IMG/VR virus record: IMGVR_UViG_3300031673_000026
Span: 4,007-68,006 of that record
Source of the DNA: a virus
DNA length: 64,000 nucleotides
Strand: one strand, 5' to 3'
The translations under genes and the position numbers were made by a program. Positions within the stretch are counted from its first letter, which is position 1. Every line of letters begins with the position of its first letter. The notes beneath the pieces were generated by a model. That model searched no databases and had not been told where the DNA came from. It worked only from the letters and a program-made list of their open reading frames with translations. Below, one piece after another: positions 62,114 through 64,000 of the stretch.

Positions 62114-64000
62114 CACCCTAAAGCTAAAGATCGAGGTCGATAGTAAAACAGGAAAGCTAAAGGTGACGCAGTTTGCGGACGCAACGGAAAAGGCTGCTAA
62201 AAAAACTAAGAAATCCACTGACAAGATGGATGACGGGTTTTCTAAGTTATGGAAAAAGATTGCCCTGGGTGCCGCCGCTGTAATTGCTCTAAAGAACCTT
62301 GTCTCTGCGACCGCTGGCTTTGAGGCGTCTTTTGCCAATCTTACGACACTGATTCCCACCGGAACCGCTAACCTTGCGGACCTGGAATCGGGGCTGCTCG
62401 GTATCGCCGGGAAACTAGGAAGCGTAGAAGAGCTTACCATTGCCGCTTACGATGCGATTTCCGGTGGCGTAGAGCCCGCAAAGGTAATCGAGTTCCTTTC
62501 TTCCACCGCAGCATTTGCGAAGGCCAATATGATTGGACTGTCCGACGCCACAGATGTTGTGACGTCCGTCCTCAACACATACGGGGAAAAGGCGGGAAAC
62601 GTAACTCAAATTACTGACATGCTGACAACCACTATTCGGCTTGGAAAAACCAGGGGAGCGGAATTAGCCGCAACGCTGGGGAACGTCGCCGGGACAGCGG
62701 AAGCGGTCGGGATAAGTTTCATTGATTTTAATGCCATTCTGGTTGCTGCCACTGCTGGGGGGATAAAAACAAGTCAGGCTGTAAGTGCGCTAAAGGCCGT
62801 TATAGCCAATATTGCTACCCCTACGGATAAGGCGGCGGAAGCCGCTAAGGGGATGGCTGGTGGATTTTCATTGGCGTCTCTAAAGAGCCAGGGGTTTGCA
62901 CAGTTTCTAAAGAATTTAACGGCGCAGGTCGCCGGTGACATCCAGGCGCAGAAAGATTTGTTCGGTTCCGTGGAGGCATTCAATGAGGTAGCGGTACTCA
63001 CATCGGAAACCGGGATGAAGAAATTTACCGAGGCGCACGTTGCGTTGAAAAACTCAACTAATGCAACGAAAGAGGCATTCGATAAACAACAAAAGTCCGC
63101 TTCCGCCGCCTTCACAACCATTAAAAATGAAGTTGAAGCAGCGATGATAAATGCGTTCCTCCCCGTGCTGAAAGACGTTGCTACCTGGTTAACGGCAAAC
63201 AAGGAAAGCGTGGTTTCATTTGCCAATTCGGTGGTCACCTCATTCGTTTCGGTAACGAAAGCTGTAACGGGGATAACATCTAAAGTAGTGGAATTGTCAG
63301 GGGGCATAAAAGGTGTCGCTATCGCATTGGCCGGAGCACTCATTATCACGAAGATAGCTCCATATTTTCTCATGTTCGTTAAGGGGCTTCGGGATACGAT
63401 ATTATATTTCCGCGTGCTTAAATTAGAGGGCCTGACCGCGACAAATGCACTTGCGGGCGGATTCACGGCCGCGACCGGAAAGCTCGGCGCCCTGTCCGCG
63501 AATGTGAGTGGACTTAAAGGCGCTGTATCTAAAATAGGGCCTATCGCTGCCGCCGGATTCGCTGGGTGGCAAATAGGCAGGCTAATCGGTGAAGTGACCG
63601 GCCTTGATAAGGCCGTTACCAATATGTACGACAGTATGATCAATAAGTCGCTGTCCGCATCTATCACGGCTTCGGAGGTTGAAACAGGGGTCAGGACCGC
63701 GATAGGGTCTCAGATGGATGAGATCGAAGCAATAAGAAAGGTTGCCGCCCATTACAAGATAAAATCAACGAGACTGAGAACGATTGCATCGGAAATCCAG
63801 AAAATCGATGGTGCATTCGATGCCCTTAGCATCAGGCAACGCGGTATACTCCTGGGGCTCGACGAAAACACCAAGAAGCTAAGGGAAGTTACCAGAGTGA
63901 TTAAAGAGAAGAAAGAAGCGGAAGTCGCGGCAATAGCCGTATCGGAAGAACAGAAAAAGACATATGAGGAGACCGCTAAGAGCCTGGGGGTTATCACAAG
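62097..64000 (+). CDS. tape measure protein (TP901-like), 3' truncated by window
   Basis: MATDTDTLKLKIEVD..., Ala-rich helical repeats; open to window end. Confidence 0.85.
   Translation, partial: MATDTDTLKLKIEVDSKTGKLKVTQFADATEKAAKKTKKSTDKMDDGFSKLWKKIALGAAAVIALKNLVSATAGFEASFANLTTLIPTGTANLADLESGLLGIAGKLGSVEELTIAAYDAISGGVEPAKVIEFLSSTAAFAKANMIGLSDATDVVTSVLNTYGEKAGNVTQITDMLTTTIRLGKTRGAELAATLGNVAGTAEAVGISFIDFNAILVAATAGGIKTSQAVSALKAVIANIATPTDKAAEAAKGMAGGFSLASLKSQGFAQFLKNLTAQVAGDIQAQKDLFGSVEAFNEVAVLTSETGMKKFTEAHVALKNSTNATKEAFDKQQKSASAAFTTIKNEVEAAMINAFLPVLKDVATWLTANKESVVSFANSVVTSFVSVTKAVTGITSKVVELSGGIKGVAIALAGALIITKIAPYFLMFVKGLRDTILYFRVLKLEGLTATNALAGGFTAATGKLGALSANVSGLKGAVSKIGPIAAAGFAGWQIGRLIGEVTGLDKAVTNMYDSMINKSLSASITASEVETGVRTAIGSQMDEIEAIRKVAAHYKIKSTRLRTIASEIQKIDGAFDALSIRQRGILLGLDENTKKLREVTRVIKEKKEAEVAAIAVSEEQKKTYEETAKSLGVIT

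Overview
Near-complete, circularly permuted genome of a tailed dsDNA phage. The window opens in tail-tip/fibre genes (79-3014) and ends inside the tape-measure gene (62097-end). The head module is Mu-like (DUF935 portal, MuF, protease/scaffold, gpT-like capsid, gp36, gpG) and the tail is siphovirus-like, with a chaperone -1 frameshift. Replication and recombination genes include Bet/RecT, an oddly permuted PD-(D/E)XK nuclease, an initiator and DnaC. I found no integrase, transposase or CI-like repressor. The early region (about 3-13 kb and 17-22 kb) is driven by four near-identical ~90-bp sigma70 promoter/leader cassettes. A divergently promoted ~70-nt RNA (10747-10817) is complementary to their shared leader/RBS/start codon and is a candidate RNA repressor. 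Other notable items: two orphan lanthipeptide/RiPP-precursor-like peptides; a ~700-nt array of cloverleaf-like RNAs (27.4-28.1 kb); a tRNA(CAT); an AcrIII-1 (DUF1874) ring nuclease homologue; two clan GH-A hydrolases in the lysis cassette; a ParB + ABC-ATPase/GNAT locus beside the terminase; tandem ClpP-like genes; and six promoters with an ATG exactly 6 nt after the -10 box. All protein calls come from motif recognition by eye; no database search was run.
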